Below, piece after piece: positions 1 to 9,125 of a stretch of DNA of 49,796 nucleotides. Source of the stretch: Candidatus Hydrogenedentota bacterium (GTDB lineage Bacteria > Hydrogenedentota > Hydrogenedentia > Hydrogenedentales > SLHB01); contig JADLCA010000463.1 of assembly GCA_020847495.1 (NCBI GenBank), positions 1-49,796 of the forward strand, read 5' to 3'. Every line of letters begins with the position of its first letter. Position 1 is the stretch's first letter. The notes under the pieces were generated by a model, which saw only the letters and a program-made list of their open reading frames with translations, did not search any database and was not told the DNA's origin. A program made the translations under genes and the position numbers.

Positions 1-5
1 ACTAT

Positions 6-467
6 GTGACGGCAATTCGGCCGACTGCCGACATCGACCGATTTGGTTTCCCGGCGTGGCACGGCTGGGCGATCAGCAAGGCGTGGCGTGACGGTTACGC
101 CGCAGCGATCAACGAGGGCGGGCAGGCGGGCCAGTCGGTCGCCGCCGGGGAAGCCGAGGGCCAGAAAGCACCCGGAACTATGCCTGTACCGCCCTCACCC
201 GATGCGCAGTCCGTTGACGGCATCCTTGCACGTCTGTACGGGCATCCTGACGGAACGGTAATCAACAGTGCGCGTCGGATAAACGACGCCATCGCCACGC
301 TGCGGGCCGAGCGCGATGCGCTGCGGGCGGACGCGGAGCGGTATCGGTGGCTGCGTGCCGCACAGAGTCAAACCGCCCGCAATTGGATTGTTATCAACAA
401 TCGCAACATGTACGGCGAACACGAGCTTGACGCCGCCATCGACGCAGCGAGGAAGGAGCGTACATGA
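6..467 (+). CDS. hypothetical phage protein (frame is open to the window edge, so it may be 5' truncated)
   Basis: 153-aa ORF. It is coupled to the next gene by an ATGA overlap at 464-467. No recognisable domain. Confidence 0.5.
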   Translation: MTAIRPTADIDRFGFPAWHGWAISKAWRDGYAAAINEGGQAGQSVAAGEAEGQKAPGTMPVPPSPDAQSVDGILARLYGHPDGTVINSARRINDAIATLRAERDALRADAERYRWLRAAQSQTARNWIVINNRNMYGEHELDAAIDAARKERT

Positions 468-1036
468 AATTCGCGGATCAACTTCGCGCGATTGGCGCGT
501 GCAACGAAGCGGTCGAATGGGTTGCTGACCGCACGCTGGAACAGGCTTGGCGTGAGTGCGAGCGAAGCGATTGGATGTTGTGGCTACTGCGCGCGAGCGG
601 TATCGACGCCAGCCGGTGCGCGGGCCTGTTTGCTCTCCGCGTTTGGGATTTGGTCCCGCCGGAAGGGAAACTGGCCTGCGCGTGGGCAATCGACTGCGCG
701 CTGCGGGGTGCGGATGAGGACGAATGCCGCGCCGCCGCCGCCTACGCCGCCTCCGCCGCCTACGCCGCCTCCGCCGACTCCCCCCACTTCGCCGCCGCCT
801 CCGCCGCCTCCGCCGCCTCCGCCGCCTACGCCGCCTCCGCCGCCTACGCCGTCTCCGCCGCCTCCCCCCACTTCGCCGCCGCCTCCGCCGCCTCCGCCGC
901 CTCCGCCGCCGAGCGCCGAGCGCAATGCGACATCATCCGCGACGAGATACCACTGCTTCTCGTGCGCGCCGAGATACCACTGCTGCTCGTGCGAAAACGA
1001 CTCGCCGCCATCGACGCGGCGCGGGGGGAGAAATGA
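464..1036 (+). CDS. hypothetical protein with a globular N-terminus and Ala/Tyr/Ser-rich tandem repeats
   Basis: 190-aa ORF. The repeat AAYAASAAYA(A/V)SA(D/A)SPHFAAASAASAAS occurs twice, then EIPLLLVR(A/K) occurs twice. The stop overlaps the next start (ATGA at 1033-1036). Confidence 0.6.
   Translation: MKFADQLRAIGACNEAVEWVADRTLEQAWRECERSDWMLWLLRASGIDASRCAGLFALRVWDLVPPEGKLACAWAIDCALRGADEDECRAAAAYAASAAYAASADSPHFAAASAASAASAAYAASAAYAVSAASPHFAAASAASAASAAERRAQCDIIRDEIPLLLVRAEIPLLLVRKRLAAIDAARGEK
737..904. repeat. 2 x 84-bp near-identical in-frame tandem repeat inside CDS 464..1036
   Basis: Unit 737-820 is repeated at 821-904 with a few substitutions. The GCC-rich sequence also generates spurious Pro-, Gly- and Arg-rich ORFs in other frames. 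Confidence 0.9.
944..997. repeat. 2 x 27-bp in-frame tandem repeat inside CDS 464..1036
   Basis: gagataccactgct(t/g)ctcgtgcg occurs twice in tandem (944-970 and 971-997). Confidence 0.9.
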
Positions 1037-1260
1037 CGCTCGCCAAAAAGTTGAAGGCGTTTCTGCGAGCGAAGGAACAGCAGCTCACAGAAAAGAATGC
1101 GTGCTGGGACTGCTCACCATTCGCAGAAGATAACCAAGAGTGGGGCACCACGGAGACGGGCCAGTATGGATCAATCGACATCAACTGGCCGGAGTTAGAC
1201 GCGGCGATTGACGAATTCTGCGCTACTTTTGACGACGACGCGGCGCGGGGGAAGGGGTGA
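1033..1260 (+). CDS. hypothetical protein (75 aa)
   Basis: The ATG at 1033 overlaps the upstream stop. It is in frame with ORF 724..1260, whose upstream part is a repeat-derived artefact. Confidence 0.5.
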   Translation: MTLAKKLKAFLRAKEQQLTEKNACWDCSPFAEDNQEWGTTETGQYGSIDINWPELDAAIDEFCATFDDDAARGKG

Positions 1261-1580
1261 TAGGCGTGACAGACGATCCGACAACGGACATTTCTTTAGA
1301 GGAAGCGCGTGCCGTGCTAGAAAGCGCGCCCGTGCGTATCATCGAAAAGCCGGCCGATTGGTCTGGCGGGGCTTGGACAGACCCGGAAATATTCCACGAC
1401 GGGAAATGGAAAAGCTTGTGTCGCACGGATATGTGCGATGACGTAGCGACCTGCTGGTGTATGACGTTGACCGCCGAGGAGTGGCGCGCGCACTACCAGA
1501 ACTCGCTTATAAAGTTTGGTTATGGTGCGCGGTATAACTCAAGGCGTTTCAGCATCTTTGACGCAATGACGGACGGATAG
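1257..1580 (+). CDS. hypothetical protein (107 aa)
   Basis: The GTG at 1257 overlaps the upstream TGA (GTGA). The amino-acid composition looks coding. Confidence 0.5.
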   Translation: MIGVTDDPTTDISLEEARAVLESAPVRIIEKPADWSGGAWTDPEIFHDGKWKSLCRTDMCDDVATCWCMTLTAEEWRAHYQNSLIKFGYGARYNSRRFSIFDAMTDG

Positions 1581-1585
1581 CTGCG

Positions 1586-1684
1586 ATGAGCGATCTCGGA
1601 TGGCTCGCCGTTATCGTAATTATGCCGCTGGCATTGACGATCCTATGGTGCCTGTACGAATTTCGGGGCGACGATAAACCATAA
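1586..1684 (+). CDS. possible 32-aa single-TM peptide
   Basis: ATG at 1586. Product is MSDLGWLAVIVIMPLALTILWCLYEFRGDDKP, with a hydrophobic core. It is below the length cut-off of the ORF track. Confidence 0.25.
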   Translation: MSDLGWLAVIVIMPLALTILWCLYEFRGDDKP

Positions 1685-1785
1685 AAGCCGGAAGTTCTAC
1701 GCGCTCGCGCTATCCGCACCCTCCGAGCGAGTATGCGGCACATATACACCGATGGGCTAATTGCGGGAGCCTGCTCGCAGCTATC

Positions 1786-2010
1786 TTGCAAGACTATATG
1801 TGCGAGCCGCATATGCTTGCCCGCACTGGCCTGACGATTGCCGACCATCAGCGGCTAACGATCGAACGCTACGACGAACTTTTGACGCATGACCGCGGCG
1901 GCGTCTACATCATGCCGGTCCCGCAGGGGTATGCGCCGATGTGTGGGGCTATTCGCATTGCGTGTGTGGCACCTGAGATTGTCGGGGCGATAGCGGATAA
2001 CTCATGTTAA
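1786..2010 (+). CDS. hypothetical protein (74 aa), weak call
   Basis: It is the only sense ORF in the 1.7-2.1 kb gap. No clear RBS. Confidence 0.3.
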   Translation: MQDYMCEPHMLARTGLTIADHQRLTIERYDELLTHDRGGVYIMPVPQGYAPMCGAIRIACVAPEIVGAIADNSC

Positions 2011-2109
2011 TACTGGTCCTTGTGTTTGAGGGCAGTCCGGGTTACGCTACACATGCACCAGTAGCCCCCGGTGCACTGTGTCAATAAGTCAACCAGCCAA
2101 GGAGCCACT

Positions 2110-2658
2110 ATGGCCGAAGAAAAAAGCAAGCGCCGTGCCATCATCACTCCCCCCGCGTGCGCGATGTTTGTGTACGTGTGGGAGCCGAGGGAGAGCATGA
2201 ACGAAGGGCAACCCGCGCAGTACAGCATCTCGCTACTGTTCAAGAAGACCGAGGACATCAGCGCGCTGCGGCGTGCAGCCAAGGCAGCAGCGGTCGAGAA
2301 GTTCGGCGACAAGGCGCGCGGGTTGAAGGATCCGTTCCGCGATGTCGACGAACTGGAGACGCCGGTGCCGGGGTACAAGGGCGGCGTGTTCATCACCGCG
2401 AAGAGCAAGACCAGACCCGGCATCGTCGATGCCGATCTGCAAGCCATCACCGATCCGATGGACTTCTACCCCGGCTGCATCTGCCGGGCGTCCGTCACGG
2501 CATGGCCGTTCGACAAGAAGGGTAGCAAGGGCGTCACCTTCCTGCTGAACAACATCCAGAAGGTCAAGGACGGCACCCGCCTGGATGGCAAGAAGAGCGC
2601 GGAAGAAGAGTTCGACGCTATCGGCGATGGCGACGACGACAACGACCCGCTGGCGTAA
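2110..2658 (+). CDS. ssDNA-binding protein, T7 gp2.5-like / DUF2815 family
   Basis: AAGGAG RBS at 2099-2104, then ATG at 2110. The pattern FVYVWEPRE...QYSISLLFKK matches the family. The C-terminal tail is acidic (DGDDDNDPLA). The gene sits next to the DNA polymerase. Confidence 0.7.
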   Translation: MAEEKSKRRAIITPPACAMFVYVWEPRESMNEGQPAQYSISLLFKKTEDISALRRAAKAAAVEKFGDKARGLKDPFRDVDELETPVPGYKGGVFITAKSKTRPGIVDADLQAITDPMDFYPGCICRASVTAWPFDKKGSKGVTFLLNNIQKVKDGTRLDGKKSAEEEFDAIGDGDDDNDPLA

Positions 2659-2691
2659 CCCCCCACCACCATCATCACAGAGAGGAACATC

Positions 2692-3114
2692 ATGAGCGAG
2701 CTCGACAACCTGCTGAACTCCACCAAGACCAAGTCCGCCAAGGCCGCCAAGGCCGCGAAGCCGGCGAAGACCGAGGCCAAGCCCGCCAAGGCCGCGAAGA
2801 CCGAGGCCAAGCCCGCCAAGGCCGCGAAGCCGGCGAAGACCGAGGCCAAGCCCGCCAAGGCCGCGAAGACCGAGGCCAAGCCCAAGAAGAAGGTGGACCC
2901 GAATGTCAGCATGACCCAACCCGAAGACGGCATCGTGCTCAAGGCCGTGCGCAAGCTGAAGGAAGCCACGCTGGCGGCGCAGTTCGCCCACGACCTCGGC
3001 GTGCATCGGCGGGTGATCCGCGCCCAACTCCAGCGGCTCGCGAAGGACAAGGCCAACGGGGTCAAGATGGTCAAGGACGGGGCGCACTGGCTCGTCAGCA
3101 ACACGGCGAAGTAA
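2692..3114 (+). CDS. lysine/alanine-repeat (histone H1- or AlgP-like) protein with a C-terminal helix-turn-helix-like domain
   Basis: N-terminal half consists of AKPAKAAKTE-type repeats. C-terminal part is ...LGVHRRVIRAQLQRLAKDK.... A strong terminator follows. Confidence 0.7.
   Translation: MSELDNLLNSTKTKSAKAAKAAKPAKTEAKPAKAAKTEAKPAKAAKPAKTEAKPAKAAKTEAKPKKKVDPNVSMTQPEDGIVLKAVRKLKEATLAAQFAHDLGVHRRVIRAQLQRLAKDKANGVKMVKDGAHWLVSNTAK
2752..2883. repeat. about 1.9 copies of a 69-bp in-frame tandem repeat (nested 30/39-bp subunits) encoding the KAAKP repeats
   Basis: The unit starting gccgcgaagccggcgaagaccgag... begins at 2752 and again at 2821. Confidence 0.85.
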
Positions 3115-3134
3115 CCGTAGGGGCGACCACGGAT

Positions 3135-3163
3135 GGGGGCGGGGCGATCCCGCCCCCTTTTTT
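3135..3163 (+). terminator. rho-independent terminator
   Basis: GGGGGCGGGG, CGAT loop, CCCGCCCCC, followed by TTTTTT (3158-3163). Confidence 0.8.
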
Positions 3164-3185
3164 CTAGAGTGTTGAGAATACGATC

Positions 3186-5180
3186 ATGCGCCCGGTGCTG
3201 CACCTGGACTTCGAAACCTACTCCGACCTTGATGTACGGGTGGTCGGGGCGTACCGCTACGCCGAGCACCCGAGCACAGAGATCCTGGTCGCCGGATACG
3301 CGTTGGATGACGGCCCGGTCCGCCAGTGGGAGCCGCATCTAGCCAAGCGCCCGCCTGCTGATCTACGCGCCGCCCTGGAGGACCCGGACGTATTGATACT
3401 CGCGCACAACGCCGAGTTTGAGCGGCGCATTATCGTGAATTGCATGGGGCTGGACCTGCCCCGCACCCGCTACCGCTGCACGGCCGTGCGCGCCGCAGCC
3501 GCAGGGCTACCGCGCGCGCTGGACGGAGCACTGGCAGCGTTAGGGCATGTGGTCCGGAAGGACCCTCGCGGTAAAGCCTTACTCCGCCGGTTTGCCAGTC
3601 CACGCAAGCCGACTAAGCATGATGATCGTACCCGCATCCGCCCGGCTGATGACCCTGAGAAATGGTCGCAGTTGTTGGAGTACAACAAGCAGGACGTGAT
3701 TGCTGAAAAGGCGTTGGATCAAGCCATACCGGACCTACCCCCGCGAGAATGGAGATACTACCAGTATGTCTGCAAACTGAACGACCGGGGCTTGCCGATT
3801 GATCTAGCCGCCCTGGACGGCGCGGCTCGTATGACTCGCAAGTTGGAGCAGAGCACGGTACTGGAAGTGACTCGGTTGACCGGGCACCGCCCAACTCAGG
3901 TCGCCAAGATTTTGGCGTGGCTAGGTCGCAAAGGGGTGACGATCCCTAACCTGCAACTCAAGACCATCCAGGTGGCCTTGCGCGAACAATCTATGCCACT
4001 GGAAGCTCGCACGGTGCTGCTCGCACGCGTGGAAGCGAGCAAAGCCAGCACGAAAAAGATCAAGGCGATGCAAGCGGTAGTCTGCAAGGATGGCCGTGCT
4101 CACGGCACCGTGCTTCCCTATGGCGCGCATACTGGGCGGCTGGCTGGACGGTTGATCCAACCGCACAACTTCCCGCGCGGCTTGTTGACCTCGACGGTGC
4201 AAGATCTCGTGCTGGACTTATTCACCAAGGGAGACATCGACCTCATACGCATGTTGTTGTGGCATCAGCCGGAGCCGACCCCTTCCGGACCACAACCGAT
4301 CCAAGGGCCGATGAGCATGCTGGCTCAGTCCATGCGTGGGTTCATACGGGCACCGAGCGGCTACCGCTTCGTAGTCGTGGATTATGCCGCCGTGGAGGCT
4401 CGAATCCTGGCATGGTTGGCGAACGAGGCCAAGTTGCTCATCGCATACCGCAACAAGGTTGACACCTACAAGATGATGGCGAGTGACCTGTACCAAGTTC
4501 CAATTGAGGAGGTGACCAAAGAGCAACGCCGCATCGGTAAGAACTTACGGCTCGGCGCCGGGTATCAACTTGGCCCGCCCCGACTGGTAGAACACTGCGC
4601 CAAGGAAGAGATCTTCATCACACTGGAATTCGCCACCAAGGCCATCCGTGCGTTTCGAGACACCAACCGTAACATCGTGCGCTCCTGGTACGCACTGGAA
4701 GACGCCGCCATACGCGCAATGCAGACTGGTCAACAAGTGCGCGCGTTGAAAGACCGCGACTTGTTCTTCGAGAAATGGCGGGATTGGCTGTTGATGGAAT
4801 TGCCGAGCGGGCGCAAACTGCACTATTACGCGCCTTCGGTGGAGACCGTAGTCAAGTTCGGCAAACCCAAGCTGCAACTCTCGTACTTCGGGGAACGCAA
4901 GGCGGGCATGCGTGGGCGCGTTTCGACCTACGGCGGCAAGCTAGTCGAAAATGCAGTACAGAGTATCGCGCGAGATATCATGATGGAAGGCATGCTAGCC
5001 GGAGAAGAGGCAGGCTATCCCGCGCTAGTCAACATCCACGACGAAGACCTAACGCTACGCAAGCATGATGAAGGCAATGTAAAAGAGCTAGAGCAAGTAG
5101 TCTGCAAGATGCCGCAATGGGCGGCGGGGATCCCCCTCGCCGCGGAAGGCTTTGAATGTGAACGATACAGGAAGGGTTAA
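3186..5180 (+). CDS. family-A DNA polymerase with an N-terminal 3'-5' exonuclease domain
   Basis: Exo I motif LDFETYS. Motif A DYAAVEARILAWL. Motif B RRIGKNLRLGAGYQLG. Motif C NIHDE. Confidence 0.95.
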   Translation: MRPVLHLDFETYSDLDVRVVGAYRYAEHPSTEILVAGYALDDGPVRQWEPHLAKRPPADLRAALEDPDVLILAHNAEFERRIIVNCMGLDLPRTRYRCTAVRAAAAGLPRALDGALAALGHVVRKDPRGKALLRRFASPRKPTKHDDRTRIRPADDPEKWSQLLEYNKQDVIAEKALDQAIPDLPPREWRYYQYVCKLNDRGLPIDLAALDGAARMTRKLEQSTVLEVTRLTGHRPTQVAKILAWLGRKGVTIPNLQLKTIQVALREQSMPLEARTVLLARVEASKASTKKIKAMQAVVCKDGRAHGTVLPYGAHTGRLAGRLIQPHNFPRGLLTSTVQDLVLDLFTKGDIDLIRMLLWHQPEPTPSGPQPIQGPMSMLAQSMRGFIRAPSGYRFVVVDYAAVEARILAWLANEAKLLIAYRNKVDTYKMMASDLYQVPIEEVTKEQRRIGKNLRLGAGYQLGPPRLVEHCAKEEIFITLEFATKAIRAFRDTNRNIVRSWYALEDAAIRAMQTGQQVRALKDRDLFFEKWRDWLLMELPSGRKLHYYAPSVETVVKFGKPKLQLSYFGERKAGMRGRVSTYGGKLVENAVQSIARDIMMEGMLAGEEAGYPALVNIHDEDLTLRKHDEGNVKELEQVVCKMPQWAAGIPLAAEGFECERYRKG

Positions 5181-5182
5181 CC

Positions 5183-5464
5183 ATGAACCTCACTACCAAG
5201 ATTACCAAGACCGACATCGCACGAATCATGCCGCACATGACGAACTGGATGCCGGTGCATGCCTACATCCGGCACCTTCCGGTCGACGAAAACTCGCTAC
5301 TGGAACTGCGACGCATGCTCACGATCGAACTTAACCGCGAAGAACCGCGTGCGCAAATTCTGGAACGCCTGTACGGCAAGTTCAGCGCGATGCGCAAGCA
5401 GATGGAAGAGCGAGACATCTTTGGCCGCATGCACACGACGACCGCGCAGCCCGAGACGGCTTGA
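5183..5464 (+). CDS. hypothetical protein (93 aa)
   Basis: Starts 3 nt after the polymerase stop. Its stop overlaps the next start (TGATG). Confidence 0.55.
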   Translation: MNLTTKITKTDIARIMPHMTNWMPVHAYIRHLPVDENSLLELRRMLTIELNREEPRAQILERLYGKFSAMRKQMEERDIFGRMHTTTAQPETA

Positions 5465-5766
5465 TGCGAGAACGTGCAGTCGAGCGTAAACTCTTCTTGA
5501 TGGTACGGCAACTCGGGGGTCGTGCCATCAAGTTGAGGAACACGACCTATAACGGTGATCCAGACCGCATACTGGTTCTACCAAACGGCGTGACCCTGTA
5601 TGCCGAAGTGAAGCGCCCCAAGCAACGCCCCCGAGCATCGCAACAACGCGTGCATCGCTGGTTTCGCCGCAAGGGCCACACGGTCTTGATTGTGGACGGC
5701 ACTAATTGGCATCAAGTGTTTACTTACATGCAGTCGCGTATTATAATGGCGGCACGGCGCGCGTAG
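5464..5766 (+). CDS. VRR-NUC domain nuclease
   Basis: Contains GDPDRILVLPNG...YAEVKRPKQ...Q, which fits the PD-(D/E)xK VRR-NUC pattern. Size is about 100 aa. Confidence 0.75.
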   Translation: MRERAVERKLFLMVRQLGGRAIKLRNTTYNGDPDRILVLPNGVTLYAEVKRPKQRPRASQQRVHRWFRRKGHTVLIVDGTNWHQVFTYMQSRIIMAARRA

Positions 5767-5794
5767 TGTGCGCCGAGCCACCGTGGGAGGAGCA

Positions 5795-6352
5795 GTGCAA
5801 ATCTTTGTTGTTGAAGAAAGCCCGTTGCGGGCCGCGAAAGCATTGTGCGATAAGCATGTACTCAGCCAGATTGGCGAGACCGCAGAAATGCTGGCGTTGG
5901 CTCATCTGCATAATCACGAGCCAGTACCGCCGCTGGCTCGACTCAAAGTCCGGCGAGGACACGTGAACCACCCTTGTACCCGATGGGTCGGTCTGACGCT
6001 TGGCAACTATCAATGGGCGGCGACGCTTGGGGTTGCCCTACTTGACGAGTACGCCCATCGATACAACAACGAACACGCGTACACGGTGGACATCTATCGC
6101 ATGGCCTCCAGCCCGCCGTTTCAGTTGATCGGAGCGGCTATGCCAGAGACCCCGCACCCGCTGGTCGTGCCCGAAAACTACCGCATGGCGATGCCCGCTA
6201 CGCAAGGAGCTTCCGTGGTGCTGTCGTACCGCATCTACTACCACATGAAGGCCGCTCGTATGCCCATGCGTTGGACCCGCCGGCGAAAGCCAAAATGGTT
6301 CGATTACGCCGGGGTCTCCGCGCTCCACCTGGACGCCCATGCGCACACGTAG
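5795..6352 (+). CDS. conserved phage protein of unknown function
   Basis: GGGAGGAG RBS, then GTG at 5795. Motifs are IFVVEESPLRAAKALCDKHV and NHPCTRWVG...NYQW...LLDEYAHRY. I recognise the pattern from other phages but cannot name a function. Confidence 0.55.
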   Translation: MQIFVVEESPLRAAKALCDKHVLSQIGETAEMLALAHLHNHEPVPPLARLKVRRGHVNHPCTRWVGLTLGNYQWAATLGVALLDEYAHRYNNEHAYTVDIYRMASSPPFQLIGAAMPETPHPLVVPENYRMAMPATQGASVVLSYRIYYHMKAARMPMRWTRRRKPKWFDYAGVSALHLDAHAHT

Positions 6353-7736
6353 TGACCTACGACGGTATCAGGCCCGCGCGGCATTGCGAATTTGCTTGCA
6401 ACGCCGTGTGGGTCTATTCGTGGATATGTCACTAGGCAAGACCGCCATTACGCTCACTGCCATCCGCAACCTGATAGATCAAGGCAAGCTACCACATGGC
6501 GCATGGGTGATTGCACCGCTAACGGTCACCAAAGATACATGGCAGCAGGAAGCGCAGAAGTGGTCGCACTTGAAAGATCTTACCTTCGTGCTGGTCGAAG
6601 GCAAGCGACCGGCGGCACGCTTGGCGTTGCTCAAGAGCAAAGCAGACGTCAAGATCATCAGTTACACGCTATTACCGTGGATCGGGCGCTTGTTGAAGAA
6701 CGTACGCAAGCGTCGCCCCGGTTGGCTCCCTGATCTGCTGGCCCTGGATGAGTCTGAACACATTAAAGGGCGAGGCAAGTGGTTCCGTGTCATCCGATAC
6801 CGACTGCTGCGTTGGGTTGACTACCGTGTCATCCAGACTGGCACGCCTGCCGCGCACAGCTTGTTCGACATATGGTCGCAGATCTACGTGTTGGATAAAG
6901 GCAAGCGACTCGGAATGAACTTCGGCATCTACCGCCACCGATTCTTCCGGCAAGCTGACTATCAAGGATTCAAATACGAGCCACGCCCCGGTGCGGAGGC
7001 CCGCATCTATGGTCTAGTACGTGACATCGTCGTGCGCCTGGATGGCCGTGATTGGCTAGAATTGCCGCGCATCGTGACCGATACCCGGCATGTGGTACTG
7101 CCCCCACGCGCTATGGAATTGTACCGCCGTCACGAACGCGAAATGTTCATTCGCTTGGACAACTTGCGCGAAGTCGAAGCGATCAATGCAGCGGTGCTGT
7201 CCAATCAATGCTGGCAGTTGGCCAACGGAGCGATCTACGACGACCCCGAAGAACGTACCAGCTACACTGAAATCCACCAAGCCAAGATCGAAGCACTGCA
7301 TTTGATGATCGAAGAAGCCGTAGGCAATGCGGTGATGGTGGCGTACTGGTTCAAGCATGACCGTTGGCGGTTGCAGGCAGCATTTCCGCATGGCGTGTTC
7401 ATGAACAAAGACAACGTTGTAGATGTCAAGGAGCGCTGGAACAAAGGCAAGATCCCGCTGCTGTTTGTCAGTCCATCCAGTTCCTCCTACGGGCTGAACA
7501 TGCAGTACGGTGGGCACATCTTGATCTGGTTCAGCCAAATCTGGTCAGGCGGCAAGCATGCGCAATTGATCGCCCGACTGGTACGGCCGGACCAACGATC
7601 CCCACACGTTATCTCGAGGTATATCAGCGCCCAAAACACGGTAGATGAAGTGATCGAGGAAAGCCGGATGCAACGCTTGGAGGGCCAAGCGGCATTCTTG
7701 GACGCGTTGCGTCGTTATCGCAAAAGGAGAGCCTAG
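6339..7736 (+). CDS. SNF2-family DEAD/DEAH-box helicase
   Basis: LRRYQ, Walker A DMSLGKTAITL, motif II LALDESEHIK, and a C-terminal helicase domain. Confidence 0.9.
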   Translation: MRTRSDLRRYQARAALRICLQRRVGLFVDMSLGKTAITLTAIRNLIDQGKLPHGAWVIAPLTVTKDTWQQEAQKWSHLKDLTFVLVEGKRPAARLALLKSKADVKIISYTLLPWIGRLLKNVRKRRPGWLPDLLALDESEHIKGRGKWFRVIRYRLLRWVDYRVIQTGTPAAHSLFDIWSQIYVLDKGKRLGMNFGIYRHRFFRQADYQGFKYEPRPGAEARIYGLVRDIVVRLDGRDWLELPRIVTDTRHVVLPPRAMELYRRHEREMFIRLDNLREVEAINAAVLSNQCWQLANGAIYDDPEERTSYTEIHQAKIEALHLMIEEAVGNAVMVAYWFKHDRWRLQAAFPHGVFMNKDNVVDVKERWNKGKIPLLFVSPSSSSYGLNMQYGGHILIWFSQIWSGGKHAQLIARLVRPDQRSPHVISRYISAQNTVDEVIEESRMQRLEGQAAFLDALRRYRKRRA

Positions 7737-7737
7737 C

Positions 7738-8550
7738 ATGATGAGCTGGAAGCAATTCGCCAAAACTCTGTTTGAAATAGAAGACGCAGACCCCGGCTAC
7801 ATGCTGCTCGGCCGCGCCAAGATCTCATTGCCACAGAAACGTCGTTTCATGGCGGCATGGTGCGCGTTCTATAATCCCGGCATCGCGGCCAAGGCCAGCG
7901 AGTACGAAGGTGAGCTCTTCTGGCGCTATCTGCAGACGCAGTACGCGATCGCCAAGCGGGCCAGTGAACGTCGGCACTTCCGCGGCAAGGCGGGCCTGGA
8001 TGCACTCAAAACGTGGCAAGAGCGATTCACACTGCCAGAGACAATGGTGTCCTATATGGTCGCATCGAACTTCTTCAAGGTACAGTACCGAGCCAAGTCA
8101 GTGCCGCAGATCGGTGTGTACTTCGTCTGGAAGTTTGCGGATGTGCAGGAACGGGTCTTCCGCATCCCATGTGCATTCCCGCCAGAGGCTGCGAAGCATA
8201 GTCCTAGTGTACCGCAGCAAGGCGCGAAGCGCATTGCGCCTGACTTGACGGTCGGCGAAACTTACGCAATGATCGCAGACTACCTGAACGATCTGGGCAT
8301 GCGCTCGCCACCGTGGTACGACCGCCCGATGAACATGCAGGAGGCTGAAACGGTAGCCTGCGTCTACAAGCAATACATCAACAGTAAGTGGTGTCCACAC
8401 AGCCGCACCGCTAAGGCGACTCGCAGCTTGCTCGCTACCCCTAGCGACACCGGTGAGGTACTGCTCAAGGCGCTGCACACGCGCACCGGAGTGCGCAGGA
8501 AGGAGATGGACGCATGGCAAACCGACGTGCTGAACCAACTCGGGCACTGA
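7738..8550 (+). CDS. conserved protein of the base-modification module; possibly a second aGPT-Pplase / amino-acid:DNA-transferase-like protein
   Basis: 270 aa with an ERRHFRG motif. Its position immediately upstream of, and overlapping, the P-loop kinase drives the call. The family assignment is from memory only. Confidence 0.4.
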   Translation: MMSWKQFAKTLFEIEDADPGYMLLGRAKISLPQKRRFMAAWCAFYNPGIAAKASEYEGELFWRYLQTQYAIAKRASERRHFRGKAGLDALKTWQERFTLPETMVSYMVASNFFKVQYRAKSVPQIGVYFVWKFADVQERVFRIPCAFPPEAAKHSPSVPQQGAKRIAPDLTVGETYAMIADYLNDLGMRSPPWYDRPMNMQEAETVACVYKQYINSKWCPHSRTAKATRSLLATPSDTGEVLLKALHTRTGVRRKEMDAWQTDVLNQLGH

Positions 8551-9125
8551 TCTACGTGCATGGCACGAATGGCAGCGGTAAGAGCACATTGGCGCGCTAT
8601 CTCATCATGTGCGCCGGCGGCATCAAAGCCATCAAGCCGCACCCGCGCACCGGGGCCAAATGCACCTATACGCATGGGGTACTAGCCCTTGTGGGCAAAT
8701 ACAGCACGGCCACGGGAGGAGCGGATGGGGTGCAACCCTACGCGCTCGTCCCACAAACCGCGTTGGCGCTGCTGGCGGACGGCCACGATGTCCTGGTGGA
8801 GGGGCTAATGACCCCCGGTGTAGACACTTGCGCTGAGCTGACCCGCAAGGCCCGGAAACTCGGGGCGTCGGTGCGCTTCATACGACTGGACATCGGATTC
8901 TACCAGTCTTGCGAAAACGTCAAGCGCCGCCGCCGTCTGGTCGGTAACGTTAAGCCATTCGACCCAATCAATCTGCGCAAGAAGCAGCAGACCTGCCATA
9001 GCTGGTTCGAACGCTTGGCCGAAGCCCGCCTGCCTATCTACGGTTTTGACTGGAGGAACGCCCGTGACTACTGTCTATCCACATACGGACTCTCGACCGC
9101 TGGAGCGGTTCGCATACTGGATTAG
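8514..9125 (+). CDS. P-loop kinase, candidate 5-hydroxymethyluracil DNA kinase (5-HMUDK-like)
   Basis: Walker A YVHGTNGSGKST near the N-terminus. About 200 aa. Flanked by transferase-like genes and a TS homologue. Confidence 0.6.
   Translation: MANRRAEPTRALIYVHGTNGSGKSTLARYLIMCAGGIKAIKPHPRTGAKCTYTHGVLALVGKYSTATGGADGVQPYALVPQTALALLADGHDVLVEGLMTPGVDTCAELTRKARKLGASVRFIRLDIGFYQSCENVKRRRRLVGNVKPFDPINLRKKQQTCHSWFERLAEARLPIYGFDWRNARDYCLSTYGLSTAGAVRILD

Noticed and set aside
492-1260. Long Pro-rich (492..1133), Gly-rich (584..925, minus strand) and Arg/Leu-rich (724..1032) ORFs.
   Set aside because: They are alternative-frame and antisense read-outs of the GCC-rich tandem repeat inside CDS 464..1036. 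Their composition is homopolymer-like and they lack independent start context. Only the 1033..1260 portion of the third ORF is kept.
2233-3338. Antisense ORFs of 284 and 290 aa opposite the SSB and KAAKP-repeat genes.
   Set aside because: They lie opposite genes with clear family motifs. They are rich in Leu/Gly/Arg, as is typical of the antisense of GC-rich coding DNA, and they run against the operon orientation.
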